In this document: positions 27,582 to 40,770 of the stretch, piece by piece
Numbering within the stretch: the stretch's first letter is position 1
How the letters are laid out: the number at the start of each line of letters is the position of its first letter
Assembly (NCBI GenBank): GCA_012295275.1
Contig: CM022673.1
Location: 6,696,001 to 6,760,000 of the forward strand
Source of the DNA: Chrysomallon squamiferum
Taxonomy: Eukaryota; Animalia; Mollusca
Direction: 5' to 3'
Length of the DNA stretch: 64,000 nt
Program-made: the position numbers and the translations under genes
The notes under the pieces: model-generated
Database searches by the model: none
The model's input: only the letters and a program-made list of their open reading frames with translations
Told to the model about the DNA's origin: nothing

Positions 27582-27892
27582 AGGACCAGATATGTGGCTA
27601 CTTTTCTACGTTTATTTTATATTAATTTTTTATTTGTTATTTTTAATTTTTTTTTTTTTTTTTAATTATTATACTTTTCTTCTTTCTTTCTTTTTTTTTT
27701 TTAATTAAGAAAAATAAATAATTTTGGGAAAAGGATAAGAAGAAAAAAGATAAAAAGATAATAAAAAATAAAATTGAAAAAGGCAAGTACATTGTATAAA
27801 CTTTTCCAAAGTAAGTCCTGAATCGTTCTTCTAAATAATATTTACTGCATTTTTTTATTTATAATGCTTCTAAATATAATTCATTGGTCGAT

Positions 27893-27896
<4 letters not shown>

Positions 27897-27967
<71 letters not shown>
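27897..27967. repeat. (GA)n microsatellite
   Basis: Seen directly; source of the ERERE ORF. Confidence 0.95.
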
Positions 27968-27969
<2 letters not shown>

Positions 27970-29369
27970 CAGATATGGCTTATTTCTGTTCTGCTTTTTG
28001 CACACGTCTCAAAATAGAGCGTCACAGAACTAAACACAAGTTTTCACGAAGCACGAAGATGACTCAGGCAAATATAGTGAAATCACAAAAGTGTGAAGGA
28101 GAATGAAAGAAAATATCTATTAATATATATTCATTGACTATTTGATAAAAAATACTAAGGTGGAGTCGTTGCACTGGCGTAATGCTCGAATAATTCAACC
28201 GTTTTGTTTCTTCACGTCAATTCTCGCAAGTGACGAGACGGAAGGGAGATAATAGTAATGTTGTACTTGTTAATGTTAAATATTTCAGAATACAATACAT
28301 ACAACGTGATCTATTAACGAATGATAAACACACCTAGCTTTTAAAAATACCTTCTGTTAGTACCTATCAACTTTCTTAGCCGGATTTATCTTTTTTTGGG
28401 AAAATTTATAAACGTAAGTGTTTGACTTTTTCATTTTGAAATTAGTAATTAATCAGTCGAACTGCTTTAGGAATATAAAATGAAATGGTCATTGTATATA
28501 ATTTATTCTTACTATTATTATTCGAACGCTACTAACGTACGTACCGTTTATGTTGTGTTTTAATTTCTGTTATCGTTTTTATCCTTTATATGAATATTTC
28601 TTATGCCAAACATTTACTAGTTAAAGTGGCGTTTTAATATTTATTTATCTTTATCTATCTATCTATGCAGTTATTTATTTTTATACAGCTTTCTATGAAA
28701 ATATTTTCCAGTTTTTATTTCAAAAGTAATGAAATAATAAGCAGTCTTCAAGATATTTATTTCATGTCAATAGAAGGATGTATACGTGTTAAAAGTGTAC
28801 ATCAAATGATACTAAAAACAACAGAAGCATGTAGTGGTCGTTGATGCTGTTTCGATTTGAATTCATGTTTGATTAACAAACTCCAACATATTTTATTTTA
28901 TTATTAACTATTTATTAATTTCAAAATTACTTTTTATTTAAATCTTACTTATGAAATACTCCTACTACCGCCACTGCCTTTCTTAAATTAGTCGTAGTTG
29001 CTGTTTTTGCTGTTATAGTAGTAGATATGCCATTGGCACTATTACAGTTATAATAGCACACTAGTAATAATAGTAACAGTATAAATATTAATAAAATAAT
29101 GAATATTTTTATCATTTGTTACTGATTTTTCGGAATATATACTAAAACCATTACTGAAATATGATAATCATGCTGAAGTAAGCTTGTTATTATTTTATTG
29201 CTAACTTCAGTAACATTATGATGACTAATCAAAGATAAAATTACTAAATAACTAAATGTATTAAAAAAAAAAAAAGAAGAAGAAGAAGAAAGAAACTAAT
29301 TGAAATTAAATTAAAATTAAGTAATTCTAAAATATAAATTATTTCTCTTGTTATAAAGTATATATGTAC

Positions 29370-30647
29370 GTCATTTAGATTTAATTACACAAGTTTCAAA
29401 TATCCCGTGCGACAATGGTAAGATCAGCTTTCTTTTCTAACTGATAGGGTGTGCCTTGTTAGCTGTCTGGTTTGTCCGTCGTTTAGTTTCAGTTGCTTGA
29501 ACACTCAATGATTTTCTTACCACACCCGGACAACCGGTTATTCAGTGGATACAGGGCGTGTCGGACATTTCACAGAGAGAAAAGAAATAAAATCGATATT
29601 ACGTAAGATGATATTCTGATGAACTAATACGGGGTGTATTCTCTATCGGACATTGTCATGATTTGAAGTAACCCCGCCCCCCCGAGTCTTTTTTTCGTAA
29701 CTGATGAATTAACTATTTTATAAAGTAAAAGGTTTGGTGTAGGTTTGGCTCAGTTTTCTTTGAATTTTGCACCACAGTGTTTTATCATCGTCAAAAATTA
29801 AAAAACAAACATAAAAAAAAAAAACAAAAGGGAAACAACTCTAACATACTGCTTCAATTGTCGAACATCAGTAATGGATTTTAAAAAAAAAAAAAAAAAG
29901 AAAAAGATCTGTTTCCCCAAATAGATGATGACGGGAACTATGATTCTGATAACGACAAATACGAAACGATTGACACAATCACGTGGACGATAATGACGTC
30001 AGCGTCCACAACTCTTTATCAATCGGTTTACAGAGTTTAACAAAAAGATAATTTGGACGTAAACAAGTTTTAATCTTTATAGAAAATTTCCGGATCAGAA
30101 AGTTGCTTTTGATCGCCAGCTGTTTATACCGCAGTTAGTTAAACAGAATAATTACTAGTTCTGTTAATTTCGGTTCTTATCCGTGATTATATCTTGGTTT
30201 AAGTTATAAAGTATATTTTAATTTACCTCCCCCCCAAAAAAAAATATATATAAAACATCAACATGAAAACAACAACTATATAATAAAACATTAATCATTA
30301 TTATAATTATTTAATTATTTTTTATTTTTTTATTTTTAAGTGACTCTATTTTGAATGTCACGGATATCTCATTAATGACAAGTTGGAGTTTGTAATGTAC
30401 TTTTTAGTTTAAATAAAACATACTTAACTTACTGTTTGGCTATGATTTTAATTTTTATTCCCAACCCCCCGCAGTTTAGGTGAGAACGAGGAAGTCATAT
30501 AAAGCGTTACAGATCAGTTAAATGATTTTCCTTTTCAGCATTATGCTATATAAAAGACCGCGTTTTCTCCAAGTGGCAAACATATTTTGGCCCATACTTA
30601 CCTCCCTTGACTAAAGACAAAAGTAACGTGATTGTAATTAGAAACAT
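29370..30647 (-). pseudogene. Putative decayed secreted or type-I membrane protein gene: intact signal-peptide exon plus disrupted Ig-like exon
   Basis: 30647-30602 reads GCC-ATG MFLITITLLLSLVKG followed by a phase-1 GAG|GTAAGTAT donor. 29700-29370 is a 331-nt AG...GT segment reading RLGGAGLLQIMT/CPI...FSLCEMSDTPCIH*ITGCPGV...SLSV, with a frameshift and several stops. The Ig call is pattern recognition only. Confidence 0.45.
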
Positions 30648-30683
30648 GGCTAATTTAGCACCAAAATAATGACGAGCAACACT

Positions 30684-30731
<48 letters not shown>

Positions 30732-30738
30732 TTAATTG

Positions 30739-30789
<51 letters not shown>

Positions 30790-31388
30790 TTATTTTTTTA
30801 TTATTATTTTTTTTTTCATACTCCACATATGAACACAGTTATTTAGTTCAAGGTTCATCAAGATGAAAGCTGTAAATAAGTAAATATTAAATACCTAAAT
30901 ATATTAATCAGCTGAACAGAACACACCTTCCAGTCTGGTTTAAAATGATACCAAGTATAACATATTATGGGTTTCGATTTTACACCGAGATGTTACTGCG
31001 GTATTTAACATTAAACATGATACGTCACGATGTCTGCTGAAACTAAGTAACGAAATAGTGAAACAATATATACGCGTACAAATTAAATACGGAACGCCGT
31101 TTTACCATGTAACTTCATATTTACTGAGGTCACGAACTGAAATTTGCAAAACGCGACAACAAATTGGCGCTCCGTACAAGCATCGCAGAACTACAGCAGA
31201 TGTCCAAAATCTGTTTATTAATAAACATTTTATCACGGAGTCGATAACAAAGCATTCCTTTCGTATTTACAGAGCGTTAAACACTAATAAAATCCACGTG
31301 TGACCTAACGGATTATTGACAGAAATGTGTTAATAACGTTCGATCAGTTTTTAATGCTTTTATTTTACTTAAATAAAGGTAAGGAGTT

Positions 31389-31616
31389 TAAAACAAACAA
31401 ACAAACAAACAGAAAATATATGTACAGGTATGTACATGCATACATAAATATATACATACAATCATACACACAAACTTACATAAACATAAATATACACATA
31501 ACATAACATACATACACACATATAAACACCTAAACACATACATATACGTACATAATAAACACATAATACACACATACATATACATACATACATACATACA
31601 TACATACATACATACA

Positions 31617-31652
<36 letters not shown>

Positions 31653-31658
31653 TATATA

Positions 31659-31694
<36 letters not shown>

Positions 31695-31760
31695 TATATG
31701 TACATACATACATACATACATACATACAACATATACAGGTACATATATTGTACATATATC
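31389..31760. repeat. (TACA)n / (TA)n compound microsatellite
   Basis: Seen directly; source of the MYVC ORFs. Confidence 0.92.
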
Positions 31761-32199
31761 ACTACATATTGATACTTAAAATTTATTATCACGTTCGTGT
31801 GCAAAGACGGGTTTAGGTGGGGCTGTTCTAACTAACGATGCAATAAATCATAATGTTCAAAGGTAGTCATAGTACACTGATCTAAATTCAGATATGTTTG
31901 TACAGTAGAGTGATACAGTCAAAGTTGATAGACTTCATATGCATATATTCATTCAAAGCTACACGCACGAAGTATACTAATCGAAATTATTTAGTGACCC
32001 TTTTTTCATTTGACTTATAAGACCTTGATAAATTCTATAAGTAAAGATCGCACAAATCTTTAGAGCACATACGACACACACGTATGTATATTATCAAATT
32101 ATTATGTGTGTGTGAGTGTGTGTGTGTGTGTGTTTGTGCACGTTGTTATAACTAATACATTCCAAAAAAAATAATATAATTACGATTTATTATACTCTA

Positions 32200-32542
32200 T
32201 TACAAGTGATATAATTATACAAGTAATTACATTCATTACAAGCAATATACTAATATAATTACATTTATTACAAATAATATACTAATATTTACACAAGCAA
32301 TATACTAATGTAATTACATTTTATTACAAGTAATATACTAATACTTACACAAGCAATATACTAATGTAATTACATTTTATTACAAGTAATATACTAATAC
32401 TTACACTTACAATATACTAATGTAACTACATTTTATTACAAGTAATATACTAATGTAACTACATTTTATTACAAGTAATATACTAATACTTACACAAGCA
32501 ATATACTAATGTAACTACATCTCATTACAAGTAATATACTAA
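32200..32542. repeat. Composite minisatellite mixing ~33-bp and ~23-bp units (ACAAGYAATATACTAAT core)
   Basis: ACAAGCAATATACTAATGTAATTACATTTTATT and ACAAGTAATATACTAATACTTAC units recur in alternation. Confidence 0.85.
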
Positions 32543-33008
32543 CACTGCGCGTACACATACACACATACAAATTTGTGTATTTGATTGTTCTCCATCCCTT
32601 GCTGAGCTCTTTGCTTTAGGTCTGAGAATACTACATCGGTTATAGAAATAACTGATTTTGTGTTTATTTTCACCCGTAACAGAACTAGTTATTACCTTTT
32701 CTCCTAACGTTAGCAATATTCCAGTTACAGCTGTTTATTAGGTGCGTATTGTTTTTGTCTTAATCTGGTTTACAGAATACCAAGATCCCTGGACGTATTT
32801 CTATTTTATTTTTCGATGCTATAAAGAATGTTCTGTATAACTGGGAAGCTAGGATACGTCAGCGACATTTTATCAGAGACTATCTGTATTTCAGTGTCAC
32901 AGTTTCTTGATCATAACACACGGTAAAGCAAACTGAATGCATTACGAGAAGCTTCATTGAAACTACACCAATAAACCAACAAGGAATAGAACACAGGATA
33001 TCCTACAT

Positions 33009-33056
<48 letters not shown>

Positions 33057-33988
33057 CACACACATTTAAACTACAAGAAAAAATCATTACAAAATTAAAA
33101 ATAAAGAAAGAAAGAAAAATGTAATAACATTAATTGATGAAAGAAAAATAAAGATTTTTTTTATAATATAAATAAAATGTAAATAAAGACATTGTTTTTA
33201 AAAATAAGAAATTAAAATATATATATATATATAAACAAACTAATTTAAACAATGTCAGATACATTAAAGTGAATAAATGTGTAAGCTAAATTCTTAAATG
33301 CTGATAAGCAAAATCTCTGTGGATGTATTTATGACTGTCTAACGATGATACGTCATTTTGCAGTAAATGACGTCAAATCGTGCGTAGAAATTTGTAATAC
33401 TTTTGAAGAAGCAATGCATAGATAGATAGATAGATAGATATAGATATAAAGACCTCTTAATGTCGTTCTTTTGAACTATATCCATAATTAAGGCGCTTTC
33501 TGAAATTAAAATTCGTCTCCTCTTGTGAAGCTTCTAGAAAAACACGGAAGTAACAGTCGCTAAATATTTGCTTTTCAGACTTTAAAATTAATGGTTTTGA
33601 CGCAAAAAAAAAAAAAAAAAAAAAACCCACCCCAGCAGGTATAAGTGTGTTCATTTGTAATCCAACACTTATTAACAACACAGGTCATGCGTTTAAAAAC
33701 TTAATTATTGCGTTAAACATATTAAAATAGATTTATGTACCAACAGTCACACTTCAGGTAACTACCTGGTTGACGTGTATGTGATACAGCTGAGAGAGAA
33801 ATGATGTGTGGGTTGAGGGGGGTGGGTGGGTTGATGATCCCACGTAACGGTAAACTCCATGTGAATTAGAGTCTCCAAAACAAATTTAAAAAAATGATAG
33901 TAAAGAAAACCCAACAAAACAAAAGACTTACATTTGAATAAAAACATTAGGAAAAAACAAATACTGATATTTTTATTTAAGACGTGCA

Positions 33989-34037
<49 letters not shown>

Positions 34038-34551
34038 CAACAACAAAGTATTAATAGTAGTAATAAAACAGATTATTAATAAACCCAAAGAATCAAAAAC
34101 AACAACAACAACAACAACAACATTAAAAATAATATTAATATAATTTTTTTTTAGTGAGAAATGTTGATCTTCGATTCAAATCAGATGGAATGGAAACCCA
34201 CTTTTCAAGTCGTATATCCGAGCCTTACTCATTGACGTGATGTTATCATTATCCACAGTGCCCCTTTGTCAGTTTTTATTGCTTTTTAAAATCCATTCTT
34301 TCACCTTCTTCTTCTCTTTGAAAAAGCACATTCACCATTACTTCCCCGTTCTGAAAACTCTGGGGATCCTTGGTTGACTAGTTTTTAAAAAAAAAAGATA
34401 TAAATATTTTATTATTTATTATATGACACCCATGGAACATTTTTTTTTTTTTTTTTCCCCATTACTTCTTTATTGCGGTATTTTATATATGTATGATAAA
34501 AAAAAAAAAAACATGAGAAGAAAGAAAAAGTAAAAAAAAAAAAAAAAACCG

Positions 34552-34608
<57 letters not shown>

Positions 34609-35029
34609 GTAGTAATAGCAGTAGTAATAGTAGTAGTAGTAGTTTTTGTTGTAATAAATATTTAAAAATAACAATAAATAAATAAGTAAATAAATAAATC
34701 AAGCGCTAGAATGTTTAACGGAATCTCTAACAAAATTACTTTAGTGCTAAGATCAACAACAAAAAGTAATATTTATATAAAATAAATAGAGAAATATATA
34801 TATATATATATATAAATCAGTTAAAATAATAATAAATAAATAAATAAATAACAAAAACATGTACGTGCACACATACAAGTGCGTGAGTGAGTGGGTGCAT
34901 ACATACATACGTACAAAGATACTGACATTTACTATATTCATGCAAAATAATTATATAATAGCTAGAACTGATGAACTCTAAACGTTGTATGAATCGTCTG
35001 GCTAGTGGATAAAATTTATTATAAAACAG

Positions 35030-35660
35030 AAACGTTCCGCCGGCCCTTTAAATACTAAATTTAGTATTGAACATGTCTCGATACTGATCTTTCTAGTAAC
35101 TTAAATGTCAATTTACACTGACAGTTCCGAGAAATCACGTGACAGTCGTGTATTGGCCATTCCGGTTATTAAACTTACACAGGTAAGTGTTGTAAAAATT
35201 GTTAAATTATTAAATTTGCGGGGAAACATTCCGATCAGTTTGTTCAACGAATTCACGTTTGTTGGTGAAAACGCAAGCGCGATCTTACAGTGAATGTAAT
35301 GATGCGCTCAAAAATAACTGAAGGAATAACGTTGCCGCGGGAGGCAAAACGGAATAGCGAAAACAGCCTTAGAAAACTTGGCCTCGCCCAATAGCAAACA
35401 TTTTGGTTTCGTTGTGTCGTGCGGGAAAAAGTGCTCAGATTGTTTATAGAAAAACGCCAGGAATTCAGTGCGAGTTTCGTTTGGACGAGTGCGAGAATCA
35501 GCTAGTGTAAGTATAGGCGTGTTGTTTGTCTTGTTCGTCTTGTGTGGAAAAACAAGTAGACCCGCTTTGAATCGTCCCAGCCGCCATTTTCTTTGACTTG
35601 CAAAGTTACATGACTTTGATGTTGACCGCCCACGGGCCCAGGGCAGTCGTTACATCGAGA
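35030..35660 (+). promoter_or_regulatory. CpG-rich promoter and non-coding first exon of the EPS8-like gene
   Basis: Strong CpG density; TCACGTGA E-box 35135-35142; GTAAGT donor at 35507; YY1-type GCCGCCATTTT 35580-35590; CpGs fall away downstream. Confidence 0.65.
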
Positions 35661-37407
35661 TCGTGAATGGCATTGACATGTCCACTAGTTAGATGTTCAG
35701 CTGTGACAGTTCACTTAAATGTCATTTAGTCTAATTATCCCAGTGTCATATTTTACGTACACAGACACCACGCGCAGTAGTAAATAACAATTTTTTTATT
35801 AACCGGGATAGCGGATACTATGTTTATGTTGCTATTCAGTACTAGTACAGTTTTATAGGTATAATTTATAGCGGCAGTTAGAAATACTTCAAATAGGTTG
35901 ATTTACTGAGAGCAGTTTGTACGTACATGCAGAGAAGCCACGAACCAATAAATACCAGTTTTTATTAGGTATGAAGGAGAGTATTATTATTATATCTGAT
36001 ACTAAATTATAGTAAATGCTTGAATTATTAACAAGACAGTTTTTGTCACAAATGATATGATTATGTTTAAAAACCCAATATACCAGTAGTTAGATTATTT
36101 AGTTATACGTTTGATTAACTTGGGTTGGGGTAAGCATTCATCGTCAGTATGTCATTACTAACACTACTGTTACTGTTTTTAATTTATCTAAAGCTTAAAG
36201 CAAAATCGTTATCTTAGAAACATAATAGTTTATACTTTTATGTTTGTATTACCCCCCCTTTAATTATTTATTTATTTATTGCAAACCTTGTATATCATTA
36301 ACTGCATGTAAGCATTTTATTAACTTATAGGGGTATCTGTAGACATTACTCCCAGTTATTTTAATCTAAATATACAATAACCACCAGATACTTACAACAG
36401 TCGTATGTACAAATGTACTTTCAATTATTAACCTTTTGAAGGAAGTACATTTAAATATCTCACCGAGACAGGTTTTCCAATTGAATTGTCGCTTTTCTAT
36501 TAAACCTCATAATAGGTGTCAAGTTCTTATTTTAAAGTAGTCTAGTGAACCATAACCATGTGTATATATGCAACTCCAGGTGGCACAATTACTTTGTGAA
36601 ATAAGCACTGAAATAACAATATTAAATCTATTCAGATTTAACCACTGGCCATGTTTTTAAAAAAAAAAAAAAAAAAAAAAAAATTGTGGATTGAAATTAA
36701 TTGCCCAGTATGTTCAGAACACACACATGATATATATATATATTATCTCTTTAATATTGTAACACAGTAACAATATTTATTTAGTGTTAACAGCATACAA
36801 ACACATTTTCGTAAAATTTAAAAATTAAAATGACAAATGAATGAAAAAAAAAAATGGCATTTAATTTAATAGCTACTAAATATCAGTCTTTCAAAAAAAA
36901 AAAAAATAATAATAATAATAATATTGGTTACATGACTTTGTAATCATATTCATTACAACAAAAAAAAAAGAAGTAATAATTTGATACTGCTGTACCTATA
37001 CAACTTATACAAAGACTCAAGTTTTTATCTGTTTGCAAATAACAATAAAACATACAGCACATTCTGTGGTATGTAAACAACAGGGCTCACTTGTCAAGAA
37101 ACATGAATACAGTTTATTTTTTTTAATACTGACGCTTTTAAAAATAATTAAGTTGTGGTTATTACTCACAAATTTACTCTGCTAATCAGTCTAATGTTGG
37201 ATCACGTTGGTAATTACATTCTATTAAAAGAAAGGAGGTCAAAGATTTTTTAATTGCTGCTCCCATCATTTTATAGCTTCATTGATTCAGGATGTGATAT
37301 TTAAATCATTTCACATTAAGTTGAATTTGATAAAGTTTTTATCAGTTTTAAAGTAGTTGATTTATTTTACAATTCAGACTGAAAGAAAAATGTACATGGA
37401 TGGTATT

Positions 37408-37452
<45 letters not shown>

Positions 37453-40400
37453 ACATATACAAGTATGCACATGTATATGTACTTATATGCATCTGTTTTT
37501 GTACTTGTTCTTTCAAGCATATACACATCATTGTTTATAATTACTGAAGAATGTTCGCGTTATTATGAATTTGTTACATTGTATATTATAATATGTCCCT
37601 GACCTGTAAAACAAATATATTTATTGGCAGGATAGATGGTCTTGGTTTGGAATCACAAACGTTCAATAATTAAACACCTTTCTTTGAGAAAGATTCATTG
37701 ATTGATCAGAGTCTTGCTATAATAATGGCTATTGTCAATAGCAACCAGTTATTCCATCAGACATCCAAGTGTCAAGTTGTTAAGTAGATGGATAGAAAAA
37801 CAATTATATGTTCATGCATAATCATGAGATACTCACCAGGTTTTTGTTAAAGAAAAGTGTGTTCTTAGGTGTAAATGACAGTTAGTGCATAAGATACAAG
37901 TCTGATGGTCAAAACACTGGCATGGTTAAGTCATTGACATTTTAGCTGTTGTGTACTGGATCAAATGTAGATACTGATGCCTATGAAAGATACAGTACTG
38001 CAGATATAAGATCACTATGATTTCATTCATGAAATTTATCAGAATTTATGCCAAAAAAAATATATGCTTTTTTTTTTTTTTTTTTCATGACTAAAAGATT
38101 ATATTTGAATCCATGTACATAACAATACTGTCTCAAGGATACAGTTATATGTACAAGGTAGCGTATCAAATTCTCCTAATTTCTCTGATAATATACATAC
38201 ACAATTCCACATGGGAAAATAGAGACCAGTGCTGTTGTAGTATTAAGATCAGCAATCACATGATTTGAGAGAATTTTTATTAGACCAAGATATATTCTAT
38301 TAACAGTTTTTTAGACGGTGCAGTACACACCACTGTGTTTAATAAAAACAGTTAATAATGCAGTAAATATAAAGTATATAAATACAAGCACTCAGTATTT
38401 TGTTAGGAGTTGTACATGATATGAAACTGTATACGTATATTATCAGTGAAATTAAGAGCATTTGATGCACTACCTTGTACATGTAATTGTATCACTGACA
38501 TAGTACTGTTGTGTACATGGATTCAAAATAAATTTTTTAGTCATGAAAAAATAGTACAGATTGCTTTGCATAAATTCTGATAAATTTTTTTTTTTTAGTT
38601 CTTACAGTTTTTGAATTTGTATAAAGAATATTTGTTATATAAGACAAAAATAGCATGTATATATACATATATATATATATGTATACATATGTTTAAAATG
38701 TTTTATATACTGAAATTCTTTAAGGATACTAAATGTAATATCATATGCAAACATATTTTACATTTGATATTGATATTCATATATTGGGGGTTTTTTAAAT
38801 ATAATATTTGAAACAGGATACATCTTGTGCTGATGAATAACACTGACAGTTGTGTTCATTTATTTTGTTTACATAATGCATGACACAGTGTAAATATCGG
38901 TTAATCCTTTTAGTAATAATCTTCACTCAGATCTCGTATCAAATGTTGTCATTTTGTGCATACTTCTGTAGATACTCTATCTTGCATGTACTCTTAGAAC
39001 AAATGAGAACAATTAAATGGCCCTGTCTGAATTATTTATTTTGTTATTATTATTTTGTAAAAATCAAAGGGTGATACAAGCATGAAAATTGATATAAATG
39101 TTCCCCTTGTCAGGCTTAAAAAAAAAAAAAAAATATCCTGTTTAGTATTTTACTTCGAATTTTAGTATGAAAGCCATTGTCCAAGGTGGCTCATAAAAAT
39201 TAACATTTTCTCATCTATGTATTTTGGTCTCGTGTAATATTTTGGTCTTCAGGTAAATCTCTAGATAGGATCTTTTTTTAGACCCTTGTACATTATTCAT
39301 AGAAATATTAAAGTTTGGCTGATTATTCCTATTGTATTTTTCTATTATATTTACTTGTAACAGTCCACAAACTATGGTGCTGTGGTGTATTATGTATGCA
39401 TCATTTCTAGGATCTGAATTTATAAAACCAAGCTTGGTTACTGAATTTCTAACTTCGGTTTATTGCTGGACTGTCACAGTGAAAGCAAGTCTTTAATTTA
39501 CTTGCTGCAACAGTGGCTGATCATAAATACAATATTTTTAATTTTTAAATTTTATTTTATTTTTTGACAATGTTTTCAGAATGAAACAGATACCTCAGTA
39601 AAATATGCAAAAAAAAAAAATGAAAGAAAGTTTCTCTTAATGAAAGAAATAACTCATTCTTGTCCCATTTGTTTCCAATTTCATCTTCTATTCATTGTTA
39701 CCATCCCTGTTACCTCTTTTTAATTCAGTTTATCCATCCCATTTCAAGTTTTTTTTTTTTTTTTTTTTTTTTTTCTCTTCTCCTCTTTGTTCTTATGCCC
39801 AGATAATTGTATGCATGGGTTTAGGAGAAACTGCAAAAGGAACTTCAAAAAGTTATGGAGAAACAGTGGCCCATTTGTATCCAAATTCTTGCCATTCACC
39901 TTTCTGCGTTTGCCATCCCTTCCCTGGGTTCTGTTGCCCTTGGTCTGAGGTCACCTCTAGTATGACGAAATATTACATACATACGTATGTGCTTGCACTT
40001 GTAATATGTTTTTGTATTCTTTTATAATAATTACATAACTATCGCATTTTCTGTACTAGCACTTACAGTAAATTCAGTGTGTAATCACAGAAACTAATAA
40101 TACTTCTAATTCTTGTAAAAATCTCAGCTTAACTTTCTGATAAAGAAGTTAATCTCAGGGATTACAGTCTTACATATGTACTAATCTGTCTGTGTTAATT
40201 GCAGCAAGACTAAGGGAAAGTTTTAAAAAATATTTATAAATTTCTTGGTTTACATATTTTTAGTCTGCCAAAGCTTTATTTTTTTTTTTTTTAATCTCTG
40301 TCATGTCATCGTACCTGAATTAGTTGTAACAATTTTTCAAATGATATTTTTCCAAGATAATTTAATCTGTTGGTTCAGTGAGTAAAAGATATATAATGAA

Positions 40401-40604
40401 TTCTGTTGTGTATGCCTGAGGGCTTGAATTCCTTAAAAGCATTCCTCATTCCCTGGGAGGTTGCCATGTCAAAAAGTTCATACTGATTGTACAAGGCCAG
40501 ATTTTGCATGGATGTCCGTTTTAGAAAATTTTCTGCAGCAATTTCATTTCAAAAGTCTTCAGTAGAGTCTCACGGTTAAAGGGCAATAATTTATATATGC
40601 CATA

Positions 40605-40617
40605 TCTGTGTGTGTAT

Positions 40618-40671
<54 letters not shown>

Positions 40672-40770
40672 ATGCATGCATGTGTTGGGGTTGTATATGT
40701 GTGTCTGTGTGCATGTGAATATGAATATGTGCATTGTTTGCAAGTGTATGTGTATGTATGCATGCAAATG
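40605..40770. repeat. (GT)n-rich microsatellite; similar (GT)/(CA) tracts at 23974-24015, 33013-33064, 37411-37451, 51573-51623, 57456-57487
   Basis: Seen directly. Confidence 0.9.

Noticed and set aside
28290-30080. Plus-strand spliced gene (donors 28414, 29418, 29603; LIGCALLAVWFVRR and DDGNYDSDNDKYETI readings; an in-frame TGA as possible selenocysteine)
   Set aside because: No consistent frame without stops or a 30-nt intron, no redox motif or visible SECIS; the minus-strand reading explains the region better.
30547-30610. TATA box followed by ATACTTACCT, the U1 snRNA 5' end
   Set aside because: The match stops after 10 nt, with no U1 stem-loops or Sm site; it is the reverse complement of the minus-strand donor at 30601.
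32200-32542. CRISPR-like repeat-spacer array
   Set aside because: Eukaryotic context, no unique spacers and no cas genes; it is a minisatellite.
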